Shown here: positions 1 through 10,973 of the stretch, piece after piece
Layout: the number at the start of each line of letters is the position of its first letter
Position numbering within the stretch: the stretch's first letter is position 1
Source of the DNA: an uncultured Gemmatimonadaceae bacterium
GTDB lineage: Bacteria > Gemmatimonadota > Gemmatimonadetes > Gemmatimonadales > Gemmatimonadaceae
NCBI GenBank assembly: GCA_963843845.1
Contig: CAWJMB010000002.1
Coordinates: forward strand, 2,784,001 to 2,848,000
DNA: 64,000 nucleotides
Direction: 5' to 3'
Notes under the pieces: model-generated
The model's database searches: none
Seen by the model: only the letters and a program-made list of their open reading frames with translations
Told to the model about the DNA's origin: nothing
Translations under genes and position numbers: made by a program

Positions 1-187
1 ACCGCGGCGTCATCGACGTTGCGAGGCGCCACACCCGTCTGGCTACCAGCGCGTCGTGGAGGTCACCCGCGAAGCCCACCGGCTGGAGCCTACGGACTAC
101 GTGCTCGTTGGCGACATGCACGTGGAAGACCGCGTCGGCATCTGCCATCATCTCGCGAACGAGGACCGACTGACGTGGGTGCCGTGA
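1..187 (+). CDS. lmuA: 3' end of ABC-three-component (Lamassu) effector/CTD protein, partial
   Basis: Manual translation YQRVVEVTREAHRLEPTDYVLVGDMHVEDRVGICHHLANEDRLTWVP* resembles the ABC-3C CTD terminus (DRxGICHxLANxxRLxW); stop at 185-187, directly before MC2 and SMC-like genes. Confidence 0.7.
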   Translation, partial: PRRHRRCEAPHPSGYQRVVEVTREAHRLEPTDYVLVGDMHVEDRVGICHHLANEDRLTWVP

Positions 188-723
188 CGGATCCCGATGG
201 GGCAGAACGCCGTGGCGGCAGCTGACGGGCGCGTCATCGCGAGCCGCTCGCCTCTTCAGCACGCCGCTCGAGGTGGGGCTGCGCGCGGCCTTCCTGCTCG
301 ATGCGCTCGCCGCCACACGGCCAACGTGCGTCGGCTCGTCATCCTCGACTACTTGCTGGTGCACTCCGGCGACGTGGAGGGGGGCCCCCCAGCCTACACC
401 CGGCCACACCGCACCGCGCGGGCGAGATCCTCGTCAGGCGTGACCTCATGCGGCAGGGGCTGCTGCACTTCGTCGCGCGGGAGCTGGTCGCGCTGCACAT
501 GGATCCCGACGGCGTGTGGTACGCGGCCACCGACTTCACGCCGCGGGTCCTCGCCTACATGGACGCGCCGTATGCAGGTCGGATTCGTGAGGCGGCCGCG
601 TGGGTCGTCCGCCGCTTCGGCACGATGGCCGATGCGGAGCTCGAGCGCTACGTGGCCGCGCGGCTCGACCGGTGGGGCGGAGAGTTCAGCTCCGAGTCGC
701 TCGTGCGGGAGGTGACTCCGTGA
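184..723 (+). CDS. lmuC: ABC-three-component middle component MC2 (Lamassu LmuC-like), frameshifted
   Basis: Joined frames give FSTPLEVGLRAAFLL...RRLVILDYLLVHSGDVEGGPPSLHPATPHRAGEILVRRDLMRQGL...RWGGEF, a typical MC2 signature. Start uncertain. Confidence 0.75.
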
Positions 724-2632
724 GCGGGACCGCGACCCCTGGGTCCGAAGGAGGTGGCGCGTCAGCGGGCACCGCCGGCTTCTTCATCCGCCGCCTCGTC
801 CTCATCGGCGCGCACGCCCCAACCGCCTCCCTCGAGTTCCGTCGGGGGCTGAACATCGTCACGGGCCCCTCGGATACTGGGAAGTCCTTCGCTCTCCAGT
901 GTATCGACTTCGCGTTCGGGGCGTCGGACCGCCCGAAGGAGATTCCGCAGGCACGCACGCAGAGTGGGTGGCGCTCGAGATCGAGTCCTCCGAGGGAACG
1001 TGTTCACCATCGAGCGTTCCCTCAAGGAAGTCCCGTCCGCTGGTACGGCATGCCGTTCAGCGAGATCCGTCCGGAGTCCGAGTACGAGGAGCTCGCCCCC
1101 AAGCACAGTCCGAGCACCCGGAAGACGCTCTCGTACCGCCTGCTCGAGCTCTGCGCGCTGGCCGGACGCGTGGTGCGGAAGAACAAGAAGAACGTCACGC
1201 GCACGGTGAGCTTCCGGAACGTCGCGAAGCTCATCGTCGTCGATGAGGAGCGGGTGATATCGAGCAGGTCGCCCACGCTCGGTGACCACAAACGGACGAG
1301 ACTGCGGACAGGTCGCTCTTCACGCTCCTCCTGACGGGTGGCGACGAGGCCGGACTGGTCGCTGCGGTGAAGAACCAACCGCGAGCAGCGGCTCGAGGCC
1401 CAGCGGGACCTGCTGGACGCGATGCTCGGTCCTTCATCGAAGCCGGGCGAGCCCATGGCGCCGGACCGCGCGGAGCTGCGGCGGCAGCGTGAAACGCTGA
1501 GCCGCCGTGTCGACGAACTCACCGAAGCGATCACCGTAGGGACGCGTGACGCCGATGCGGTGGCTGCGGAGAGCGAGGCGGCGCACCGCGATGTCACAGC
1601 CGCGAGGTCGCGACTACTGGTCGTTGGGGAACTGCTCTCGCGCTTCGCCCTTCTGCGCCGCAGCTACGAGACGGATCTTGAACGTCTCGAGTTCGTCGCA
1701 GAGGGGCACCGCTACCTCGCGCCGCTGACGGTCGTCACGTGCCCCACGTGCAACCGCCCACTCGAAGATGACGGCGCGACGCAGCCTGTGCGCGCCTGGT
1801 ACCGCCGCGGCCGAGGACGTCCAGGCCGCGTGCGCACGGGAGGCCGCAAAGATCCGCACCCACCTACGCGACCTCGATGAGGCGGTCGCGGACTTGGAGC
1901 GGGAACGCGGTGGCCTGGCACGCTCGATCACGGAGGGAACGGCACGATACCGCGAAGCCAACCAGCAGGTGCAACGCGTGCTCCGGCCGCGCCTGGCCGA
2001 GGGGATCGCCGAACTCAGACGGTCGCAGCTCGCACGTGAGCGCGTACTCCACGATGAGGCCGACCTCGAGCACCGCGCGGCGCTTCTCGAACGACGCCAC
2101 GACATCGAACGCGCGCTGATCCAGCTCGCGACGGCGCTCGACGCATCCGCGCCCGCAGCGGACGCGCCCTACCAGGAGTTCGCCGCGACGATCGAGGAGC
2201 TGCTGGCGGAGTGGCGCTACCCGGAGAGCTCCCCGTCAGGTTCGACGAGAAGAAGATGGACATCATCGTGGCGGGACAGGCGCGTGGCACCCATGGGAAG
2301 GGTATCCGCGCCATCATGTACTCCGCCTTCGTGATCGGCCTGATGCGCTCTCAGGCGCGGGGGCTCCCGCACCCCGGCCTCGTCGTACTGGACTCCCCGC
2401 TGACCGCGTATCGCAAGCCCGGCGCGCGCGCGGCGGGCGACGAGGACACACGGCGGCCCCAGAGGATGTGCAGAACGCCTTCTTCGAGAGCCTCGCGTCC
2501 ACGGCGGCCGCCCGCAACGAGCAGGTCATCGTCTTCGAGAACAAGAAGCCGCCGGAGGGCGTGAAGGCGACCGCCCACTACATCCAGTTCACAGCGGTCC
2601 TCGGCGAAGAGCGTGCGGGGTTCATACCGTGA
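720..2632 (+). CDS. lmuB: SMC-like ABC ATPase (Lamassu LmuB), multiple frameshifts
   Basis: Walker A GPSDTGKS, coiled coil with CPTC zinc hook, signature HGKGIRA, Walker B VVLDSP, QVIVFEN, C-terminal RAGFIP*. Confidence 0.85.
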
Positions 2633-2668
2633 GTCGCACATCGCCCATGCCGACAGACGAGGCTCTAT

Positions 2669-3669
2669 TCACCATCGCGATACGTCACTTCTGTGGCTGA
2701 TCCCTACACCCGCCATCGCGGCCTTCCCCCCGCGACGTCGGCCAGCGTGGACGCCGGTCGACGTGCCTTGGTCCTCTCCCCAGAGTAGGTCAGGCGCTGC
2801 GCTAGTTTCGCAGGCGGTTCTGGCCAGGGAAGAAGCAGCCGCCGATGCCGCCATGCCCAACGTCCCCCGATTCACAGCACCGGAGACGACCTCCAGGTCG
2901 GCGCGCGCACCGTAGTGGTCGGACACGGTCCGTGGGAGCGGGTACTCGAGCGGCCACACGCCAATTCCCCGTGCCAGACACGCGGTCAGGCCTCGGCTCA
3001 CGAGGATGTGGTCGATGCTCGCCCCCAGCTTCGTCGCGCGAGCGGGTCGGACGCGCCGCCGGTGATGCGCAAGAGCTCCTGCCCAGGTGTGGCGAGGACC
3101 GCATCAAGGGCATACCGCCCGGCGCGGGTGCCCGCCCAGAGCCGGTGGCCCACCTCGAGATTGAAGTCGCCCGCGACGCAGAGGTCCGCGTCGGGATGCT
3201 CGTGACGGAGACGACCCCACTCCGCCACCTGCGCACCAAGCGCCGCGCAGAATGCGGCGCTGCCACGCACTGGAGCGCCGCGCGCATCGTCGCGCCACGG
3301 TAGCACCGTCCCGATCACCAGCAGCGGCCGAGCGCCGGGACGCTCGACGCGCGCGGCGCCATCCGCTCCGCTTCGGCGTCAACCGGCAGCGAGGTGGCCG
3401 GCCAGGCGGACCGCACCCAGATGGCCACCCAGCGTTCGCCTCCCGGTCGGTCCGGCGCGGATGACGACGTCGCTACCCGGGCATGCTCAGGGCCGGGTGC
3501 GACGTCGCGGTGCGTCTCCCGTGAGGATCCAGATGTCCGCGTCGATTCCGCGCATCTCCCGCTCCATGCGCGGGAGGCGGGCCCACGACCGAGGCGTGAC
3601 GCGCGCGAGGTTCCACGTGGCGACGCGAATCATCGTGCCATCCTCCGGCGCTGAACGTATGCCGCTCAT
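2669..3669 (-). CDS. Endonuclease/exonuclease/phosphatase (EEP) family protein, frameshifted
   Basis: IRVATWNL, DADIWILT, VAGDFN, IDHI and SDH motifs across ORFs 3487-3669, 2998-3318 and 2669-3001; true stop may be near 2870. Confidence 0.8.
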
Positions 3670-3968
3670 CGGCGCCCCTCCATGGAATCAGGCACCAGAA
3701 ACGCCATCGCAGCCCGCGGCGCTCTAGGGTAATGGTAGATGCCGCGCTCCTGGTAGCTCGCGCTCGCGACCACGTTGGGGAACTCTCGCTCGAAGTCGGC
3801 GCGACTCATTTCGAACGTTCCTTCCGGCGCGACCACGCGGAATCGCTGGTCTGGTGGCAACGCCTCGATGACGCTCCTTCGGAACAGTAGGCGCTTCGCC
3901 GCATACTCGGCGTCCGCGGAGCATCGGCCGGGCTGCAACCGGATCGGACCTCCCTCTAGGTGCGTCAT
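3666..3968 (-). CDS. Hypothetical protein, 100 aa
   Basis: Clean ORF with protein-like composition (FRVVAPEGTFEMSRADF...GIYHYP); abuts or overlaps both neighbours. Confidence 0.7.
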   Translation of the reverse strand: MTHLEGGPIRLQPGRCSADAEYAAKRLLFRRSVIEALPPDQRFRVVAPEGTFEMSRADFEREFPNVVASASYQERGIYHYPRAPRAAMAFLVPDSMEGRR

Positions 3969-4721
3969 TCACAACCGACGCGCGCTCAGTGCGTCGCTCC
4001 GGAGCGCCCGCGGTGCCGACGCCGATCTCGCGCGGATGGTGCCGGTGACTCGCCCCAACGCCACCCCGTCCGCGCGCGCCAGCCGGAGGAACTCGTCCCA
4101 GACGGCGACGTACCGCGCGGCAAGGCGCTCCCCATGAACGCAATTACCCGGGAGTCCCCGCCCCAGCGTCGCCAGTCAGTTTTCGGCATTAGGAAGTAAT
4201 TGCACGGATGGACGTTCCGTACGAACGCCCCACCGCGTCCGCGCGCGTCCAACGCGCGAAGTCGGTCCGTCCGTCCTTGACGGCGAAGAGGTGCGCCACG
4301 TGCCAGCCTGCTGCGTTCGCGGACGCGGGCGTCGTCCGCGCGACGTAGAAGAGGTGGGCCGGCAGCGTTCGAACGACCGCCGCGAACGCGCCGGGCGCGA
4401 TGCGATGGCCCTGCAGCAACGCGTAGTGGACCCACCACGCCGGCGCGTTGTCCGTCGCCCGGAGCCGCGTGCCGTCGGCGGTCGCGTACTCCGCACGCCG
4501 CTCCATCCCGGTCACCTGGCGCACCAGCAATTCGGCGCGTGGGTCGTGCACGTACGCCGTGAGTGCCGCATGGAACGCTGCAACGGCGTCCGCCGCGGGG
4601 AGATTCGGTTCGATCCAACTCTCGTACAGCGCATCGAGCGGACCGAGAACGCCGAAGGCGACTCGACGAGCGCGCGCAGTCGCGGGGCTCTCGCGAGATC
4701 CTGGGCAGCCCGAATTAGCAC
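3965..4721 (-). CDS. Hypothetical protein with possible His-Me (HNH-like) motif, frameshifted
   Basis: GGAGG then GTG at 4721; WIEPNLP...TDNAPAWW...AGWHVAHLFAVKD...FVRNVHPCNYFLMPK. Nuclease role is inference. Confidence 0.55.
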
Positions 4722-4749
4722 CGCCCCGCCCTCCACGCCTGCCCGACGC

Positions 4750-5130
4750 CCTGCCGCCACGCGGACGGTCGCCAGAGTTCGTACGAGTCGCGGGGCCAGC
4801 TGCACATCGTCGTAGCAGGGGCATCGCTACCACCGCTAGGGACTCCCGCTCCCACCAGTCAAAAGGATGGTCGGCAAGGGCGGAGATCTCCTCGGGGAGG
4901 TTCAGCTGATCGAACCACACGATCGGAATCGCGCGTTGGCCGAGCCCGCACCGAGAAAGCGCCCGGAAATGCCGTCTATGCTGCTCGAATCGCCGCCGTC
5001 GTTCAGCGCGGCGCGCACGCCCGACGCGAAGTCGTCGCTCGCAACGTCATCATCAAAGATCCCGGGCGGCCGCCGGACCCCAGGTAAGCGGGACTATCGG
5101 CGATGAACCTAGCGTTCCAGCTCCCGGGAG
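4750..5130 (-). pseudogene. Degenerate C-terminal remnant of an ADP-ribosylglycohydrolase
   Basis: Manual translation SDDFASGVRAALNDGGDSSSIDGISGRFLGA / AIPIVWFDQLNLPEEISALAD resembles the ARH C-terminus (DFxxAVxxAVNxGGDSDS...AIPxxWxxxL); no intact N-terminus. Confidence 0.5.
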
Positions 5131-5353
5131 CGTCGCTGGAGTTGGCGTGGCGCATCGAACACGGCAGATGCCGACTCCTCGCGTCAGTACGTGTTGATAC
5201 GTCACATCATCGCGCAATTCAGATACTCGCAGTTCGCTCGGTGTGACCTAGCACTGCAAGCGATATGCTCCGCGGCGGGTCGACGGCCCAGCCCTGACGG
5301 CGCGCCTGGTCACGGAGTGTCAAGCGACATCAGGGGCTGACCCCCTGGCGACA

Positions 5354-6259
5354 TTACGAAGTGACCCCCCTGTGGGGTGCATCCGGCGAGCGCGCAGCGC
5401 GAGCTATGGACGACGCGTCGGCGGCGCGCGGGGGACTGGATGTGGCGAGGAGCCCGGCCCGCCGCTTCTCGCGCAGCCGGTAGCTCTCGCCGCGGATCGT
5501 GAGCACGTGCGAGTGGTGCAGCAGGCGGTCGAGGATCGCCGTGGCCACGACCGGGTCGCCGAAGACCGTGCCCCACTCCCCGACCGCCCGGTTCGACGTG
5601 AGGAGGATCGACCCGCGCTCGTAGCGCCGGCTGACGAGCTGGAAGAGCACGTGCGCCGCGTCCGGCGCGACGGGCAGGTAGCCCAGCTCGTCGATGATCA
5701 GCAGCTTCGGCTTGCTGAAGTGGAGCAGCCGCTCGTCGAGCCGTCCCTCGGCCTGCGCCTTCACGAGCTGCGCGATGAGCGACGACGCCGTCGTGAAGAG
5801 CACCGTGTAGCCGGCGGTGATCGCGGCGCGCCCGATGCCGATGCTCAAGTGCGTCTTCCCGACGCCGGGCGGGCCTAACAGGAGGACGGCCTCGCCGTTC
5901 GCGATGAAGCGCCCCGTGGCGAGCTCGCGGACCTGCTGCTTGTCGACCGCGGGCTGCGCGCCGAAGTCGTAGCCGTCCAGCTCGCGCACCATCGGGAAAC
6001 GCGCGAGGCCGAGCGCCATCTCGATGCGCCGCTCGTCCTTGCGCGCGATCTCGCGCTCGCAGAGCAGCGCGAGCGTCTCGGCGAGCGTGAGCTCCCGGCG
6101 CGCCGCTTCGCCGAGGAGCGGGTCGAGCTGGTCGCGGATCGCGGTGAGCTTCAGCCGCGTGAGCATCGCCGGGAGACGCGTGAGATCCGGCCGCGGCGCG
6201 AGCTCCGGTGCGTCGTGGGCACCGTTAGGCGCTGGTGTGCGCATCGGGCGCGGACTCAT
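5354..6259 (-). CDS. istB: IS21 helper ATPase IstB
   Basis: LLGPPGVGKTHL, LLIIDELGYLP, AILDRLLHH, GESYRLR; ATGA overlap with istA stop. Confidence 0.95.
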   Translation of the reverse strand: MSPRPMRTPAPNGAHDAPELAPRPDLTRLPAMLTRLKLTAIRDQLDPLLGEAARRELTLAETLALLCEREIARKDERRIEMALGLARFPMVRELDGYDFGAQPAVDKQQVRELATGRFIANGEAVLLLGPPGVGKTHLSIGIGRAAITAGYTVLFTTASSLIAQLVKAQAEGRLDERLLHFSKPKLLIIDELGYLPVAPDAAHVLFQLVSRRYERGSILLTSNRAVGEWGTVFGDPVVATAILDRLLHHSHVLTIRGESYRLREKRRAGLLATSSPPRAADASSIARAARSPDAPHRGVTS

Positions 6260-7642
6260 GCCGCGACCTCGCCGACGAGCGCGGCGTACTCGGCGAGCGG
6301 GCGCAGCAGCGTGAGCCCGTCCTCGCCTGACGCCGCGTGTACGTGAGGCACCGCGGGTGGACCGCCGCCGGCGGCGCTCGCCGTCCTGATCGCGTGCCCC
6401 GAAATCCCCGCGAGGTGTGCGGGGTCGACGCGCCGCACGCGGGCCCCCGCCGCGACGGCGTGCTCCGCGACGACCGCCGCGCCGTGGTGGATCGTGAGGC
6501 GCGCCCCGTGCTGCACCACGCGCACCGTCTCGCCCAGGAGCCGCCAGGGCACCGAGTACCAGTTCCGGTGGAGCTCGATGGTGCAGTCGCTCTGCACGCG
6601 CCGCGTCCACTCGCGCGTCGGCTGGAAGCTCGGCCGGTCGGCGAGCGGGCGGAGGCGGTGCGCCTCGTCGCGCAGGAAGCGCGCGAGCGGCGCCTCGCCC
6701 GTCGTGCCGTGCGTGCGCACGTCGGCCACGTCGCGCGTCCAGGCGACGAGGTGCGCCTCGAGCGCGGCGAAGCTCGCGAAGTCGTGCCCCGCGACCGCGT
6801 TCGCCTTCACGTACCCGACGCCGCGCTCGTCCTTCCCCTTCGTCCGCGCCCGATAGGCCATGCACGCGACCGGCCGGAAGTCCCAGTGCTTCGCGAAGGC
6901 GAGGAGCCGCGGGTGGAACACCGCCGGCGTGTCCTTCCGCCGCGCCTCGAGCACGAGCGCGCGGGCGTTGTCCAGGAGCACCGTCTCCGTCACGCCGCCG
7001 AAGGCGTGGAAGGCGCTCTCCAGGCCATCAAACCACGCGCTCTGGCGCTCGTGGCGGAAGACGCGCACGTGGCAGCGGCGCGAGTAGCCGAGCGTCGCCA
7101 CGAAGAAGAACAGCTTCTCGGCGACGCCGGCGATCCGCACGCGCCGCTCGCCGAAGTCGATCTGGAGCTGCTCGCCCGGCGCGGTCTCGAAGCGCACCGT
7201 CGCCCGCGCCTCGGCGCGGAGCGCCTGGCGCAGCGGCGCGACCGCGCGCTCCACCGTGCGCAGCGAGACGACGATGCCGTGCTCCCGGAGCAGGTCCTGG
7301 CGCACCACGTCGGCGTTGCCGCGGTGCTGCCGGAAGCGCGCCGCGATCCAGTCCGCGAGCGGGTCGAGCGCCTTGGGCCGCTCGCGCGCGCCGGACCGGC
7401 GTCCAGGCGCCGTCGGCGAGGTAGCGCTTCACCGTGTTGCGCGCGCAGCCCACCTCGCGGGCGATGCGCTTCGAGCCCCACCCGAGCTGGTGGAGGCGCA
7501 GGATGACGGCGACATCGTCGGGCGTGCGCACGGGCTCCCCATCCGCGCCGGCGCCGGGCGCCGGCGGCGAAATGGGGAACGATGAAGCCGCGGCGGGGCC
7601 GGCGGCGAGGAGCGGGAACGACGGGTCGGACACGACGGACAA
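6256..7642 (-). CDS. istA: IS21 transposase IstA (frameshift near 7380)
   Basis: N-terminal HTH (GWGSKRIAREVGCARNTVKRYL), RFETAPGEQLQIDFG, LLDNA, RARTKGKDER. Confidence 0.93.
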
Positions 7643-7966
7643 CCTCCCGGGACGAGTGGGAGGGGGTCAATTCCTCGTGTCGTCAGGGGGTCAGATTACC
7701 GTGTCGCCCAACAGATCAGCGCGCCTCGGCTACTTGGTCAACTTCGTGCTTGGAGCTGGGGGAGTGGCTGCTGGTGGCGGGGCGACCTGAGGCTGGGCTG
7801 CGACTCCGCGTTACGAGAGGACAACGCGTCGCTGAGCGCGAGGTGCTGTGTGTTGTGTACGCTGGAAGCGCCGGTGCAGTGCCTTCGACGGTGTGCGATG
7901 AGATCGCGGCCTGCTTCCGGGTAGAAGCCTGCTAGCGCGCACGCGCGATGATGCCGTCGGACCAGA

Positions 7967-9201
7967 TTATGCGGCTCGGAACTGCTCCAGCGAAAGTTCG
8001 AGCCCGCACTGCCGCACGATGTCACGCACCGTCGCGTCGCGCAGGTCGCGATGGCGAGGGATGGGCACCGATCTGCCATCGCGCATTAGCCACACGTCGT
8101 GGTTCCCGCCGTGGCGCACCAATTGGAGGCCGACGAGTCAACCCAGCTTGTCCGAGCGCCTCGGGGTGCAGAAGCGCCAGAGTTGGCCGCTCATACTCGC
8201 CGCGAGGGACGAGCCGACGTGCACGATGTCGTCTACGCCGCTGGGCGACAGTGGCGATTCCGCGGAACGCTTCGTGCGTGGCGTCCGGCGGGATGTTGGA
8301 CGGCAGGGCCGGCCCGCCGATGCACTCGATGCGACTCGCCTCCCGCAGATCGTCTCGTCCCTCCTCGAACGCCGCGGTGTCGAGATACGCGAGGCCGGCG
8401 CGGTACGATGAGGGAAGCGCGCGCGCGTCTCCCTCGAGCCCGTGCTGCAGGGCGTTGCGCTTCGCGGCGCTCCACCCCTTACGCCGTGCGGACCCGACCG
8501 CCTTTTGCACCGCAATCCCTGTCGCGAGCGCCTCCTCGAGGCTCGCGCCGCGCGCCGACCCGCGCCGGTACAGCCGTTCGAAGCCGTCGCGGTAGAGCGG
8601 CACGCGGCGGTCGATCTCAAGCCGCGTCGCGAAGCTCTCGACCCCGTGGTGGAAGGCCTCGTGCACCCATGAGGAATAGACGCGCCGCGTACGCGGCCTG
8701 CAGCAGCGAGGGCGCCTGCGCGCGCGAGTGCGCGACGAGGTGATGTCCGCCATCGCGGCGACGCCCTGGTTGTTGGTGATCAGATCCCCAGACGTCCTCG
8801 GGGAAGTAGTGGAACGGGAGATAGAACGCGAGCGCGTCGGGTGGGGGCGGATAGCCGGCACGCGCGTCGGGGGCTCCGGGCACGGCACCGGCCTGCGCGG
8901 CCTCCCCGGTGTACACGCTCGGAAGCCGGATGCCGTCGGGCCACACGTAGGGCTCGCGCGTGCGAGGCGGCCGGCGCGCGCCCGTCGGGACGACCTCGCC
9001 GAAGTCGAGTTCGGCCTCGACGTGGTCGAGGAGGTGGGACTCGGCGTCGTCGACGGCGACAACGATCCACTCGGCGTCCCACTGTCCGCGCGTGCGGTCG
9101 AAGTCGAAGAGATCAGGCAGGTGCGTACGGAGCGTGTCGCGATCGAGCTCGGACATGTTGAGATGATCGAGATGAAACGTTGGGGCGATCCGCAGAGGCA
9201 A
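7967..9201 (-). CDS. HExxH zincin-like protein with C-terminal HicA-like domain (frameshifts and one in-frame TGA)
   Basis: PDALAFYLPFHY..WG, HEAFHHGVE, LEEALA. After TGA at 8138-8140 the same frame continues LVGLQLVRHGGNHDVWLMRDGRSVPIPRHRDLRDATVRDIVRQCGLELSLEQFRAA* (stop 7967). Confidence 0.65.
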
Positions 9202-9211
9202 ACTCGCGCGC

Positions 9212-9700
9212 TTACCGCGGGTGGTGCACTTCGTCGAGCAGGCGAACCATCAACGCCTTCACGCGATCACGATGCGCGGCGCTCTTGAGCACGCGGAAGG
9301 AGATGCGGAGGGTCGTGCCCTCGCCGAGTTGCTCGCGCGACGACAGTGCGAGGAGCTCGTCGATCGCGTGCCGGCGCACGTCCGACGGCAACCGGTCCGC
9401 ACTTCCCGGCCATGCCTTGAGCTTCGCGCCGTCCCGGTGCTTCGGGTAGGCGGACCAGAACACGGTGCCGAGCGCGGTCGCTCGAAAGCTGACGACGTCC
9501 TGGTCGTAGTCCGCGTCGTGATACTGCAGGCGATCCGGGCGATCCTGGCTCCACGCGATGAAGTCGTCGAGACCCTGGTGCATGGGCCGCTGGGAGACGC
9601 TCACCGCGTACGCGGGCTTGGCGATTCGGTCCAGGAAGGCGCGCCGACTATTCTCGAGGCCCTGCGCCGGTGGCGACGAGGGACGCGTCTTGTGGGCCAA
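9212..9700 (-). CDS. Hypothetical protein, 162 aa
   Basis: Intact ORF with protein-like composition, stop 11 bp upstream of the next gene. Confidence 0.7.
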   Translation of the reverse strand: MAHKTRPSSPPAQGLENSRRAFLDRIAKPAYAVSVSQRPMHQGLDDFIAWSQDRPDRLQYHDADYDQDVVSFRATALGTVFWSAYPKHRDGAKLKAWPGSADRLPSDVRRHAIDELLALSSREQLGEGTTLRISFRVLKSAAHRDRVKALMVRLLDEVHHPR

Positions 9701-9932
9701 GCGGCGGTGGGACGAGAGGAGGAGACCGAAGTGCGGACTCGGCCGTACCGGGAAGTGTGGCGCTCAGTCCGACGTCTGTCGAGCCCGACCTGGCGGTAGC
9801 GGGAGAGACCGCAGATCGCCCCCGTCGCGGGGCGCGGCCGCGGCGCCGGCCAAGATGCCGGCCCCTCCGCGACGCCGGGGCGAGCGGCGATCCGACGTCA
9901 CGAGCGCGGACCGCGCAGGCGATCGCCGCGCT

Positions 9933-10256
9933 CTACGGGCCGCGCCTCCACGGCACGGGGATACCCAGGATCGGCCGGTAACCGCCCGACGCCTCCAGGA
10001 ACTGAGCGCGGTGGGCGCCGCCCACCACCCGCTCGTGGCTCGCCAGGTAGTGCCAGGTCGCGTCCGGCAATGCCCTCGCCGCCGCGGACAGCGCCGCCGC
10101 GTCGGGTTCGGCGGCGAGCAGCAGCCGACAGACTTTCCGCGCGGGCGACAGCAATCGCCACAGGCCGCGCCGGTGAAGCTCCAGGCGCACGCCGTCCGGG
10201 ACCGGGCCGGGCGGCGCCCACAGGAAGGCGTTCGCGAGGTCCTCGTCGGACATCAA
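9933..10256 (-). CDS. Hypothetical protein, ~107 aa
   Basis: Intact ORF preceded by GGAGGTG. Confidence 0.55.
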   Translation of the reverse strand: MMSDEDLANAFLWAPPGPVPDGVRLELHRRGLWRLLSPARKVCRLLLAAEPDAAALSAAARALPDATWHYLASHERVVGGAHRAQFLEASGGYRPILGIPVPWRRGP

Positions 10257-10413
10257 GGGGGGTCACCTCCGTGCCGGTACGTGGCGCTCCGAACGCGACT
10301 GAACGTCCCGCTGAACTGACACACGGCGCCACTTGGCATCGGGCCCGGAGGAACGGCCAGGGTGGTTGGCAGGTCACCGAAAGCCCTCGCCGACACCCTC
10401 CGCCACGCCGCCG

Positions 10414-10973
10414 ATGCCGCGCGCTTCCCACCTCACGCTCGTCCGCGACACGCTCGATTCGACCTTCCGTCCGTCCAACACTCCGGCGGCGGCTCCGACC
10501 GCGCCCGCGGAGTCGAACCGCTCCGCGAGGCCCCCCGCCAGTCGCCGTCAGCGCCGCTTCCGGGTCGCCGTCGTCGGGCGCGGACGCCCTGCCCCGCGCC
10601 GGCTCGCCGCCCCGAACCGACCGACCTGCCTCGAAGCCGCGTTCGTCACGCTCCGGCGGTCCGGCCTGCTCGTGCGCCAGAATTTCGCGTGCTGTAGTAC
10701 CTGCGGCCTCCATGCGCTCCGCGACATCCTACTCGAGGCGGCGACGAGCCGGCCATACGTGGATACGTGTTCTACCATCGCCAGGACCAGAATTCCGCCG
10801 CCGGGGGCGCCGCCCTGGGCCTGCGGTACGGCACCGTGGACGGCAGCGACCAGGGCGCCCGCGCGATCGGGGTCCGCGTCGTCGACGCGCTGCTCGCGGC
10901 CGGGCTCCATCCCGAGTGGACCGGCGATCCCGCCAAGGTGATCGACGTCCCGCTCGAGTGGCGCCCTGACTGA
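10414..10973 (+). CDS. DUF6891-like domain protein (frameshift near 10765)
   Basis: LEAAFVTLRRSGLLVRQNFACCSTCG...GYVFYHRQD...LRYG...IGVRVVDALLAAGLHPEWTGDPAKVIDV. Confidence 0.65.

Larger units (their letters stand above)
5318..7713 (-). mobile_element. IS21-family insertion sequence
   Basis: Imperfect terminal IRs TGTCAAGCGACATCAGGGGCTGACCCCCTGGCGACA (5318) and reverse complement TGTTGGGCGACACGGTAATCTGACCCCCTGACGACA (7713), with internal GACCCCC repeats; encloses istA-istB. Confidence 0.95.

Noticed and set aside
7811..7817. Single TTACGAG as a possible second transposon end
   Set aside because: One copy only, in the same orientation as the right-end cluster, with no array.
7917..7924. CCGGGTAG as a fourth copy of the shared motif
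   Set aside because: Lacks the CGARTTTCCG box 14 bp upstream.
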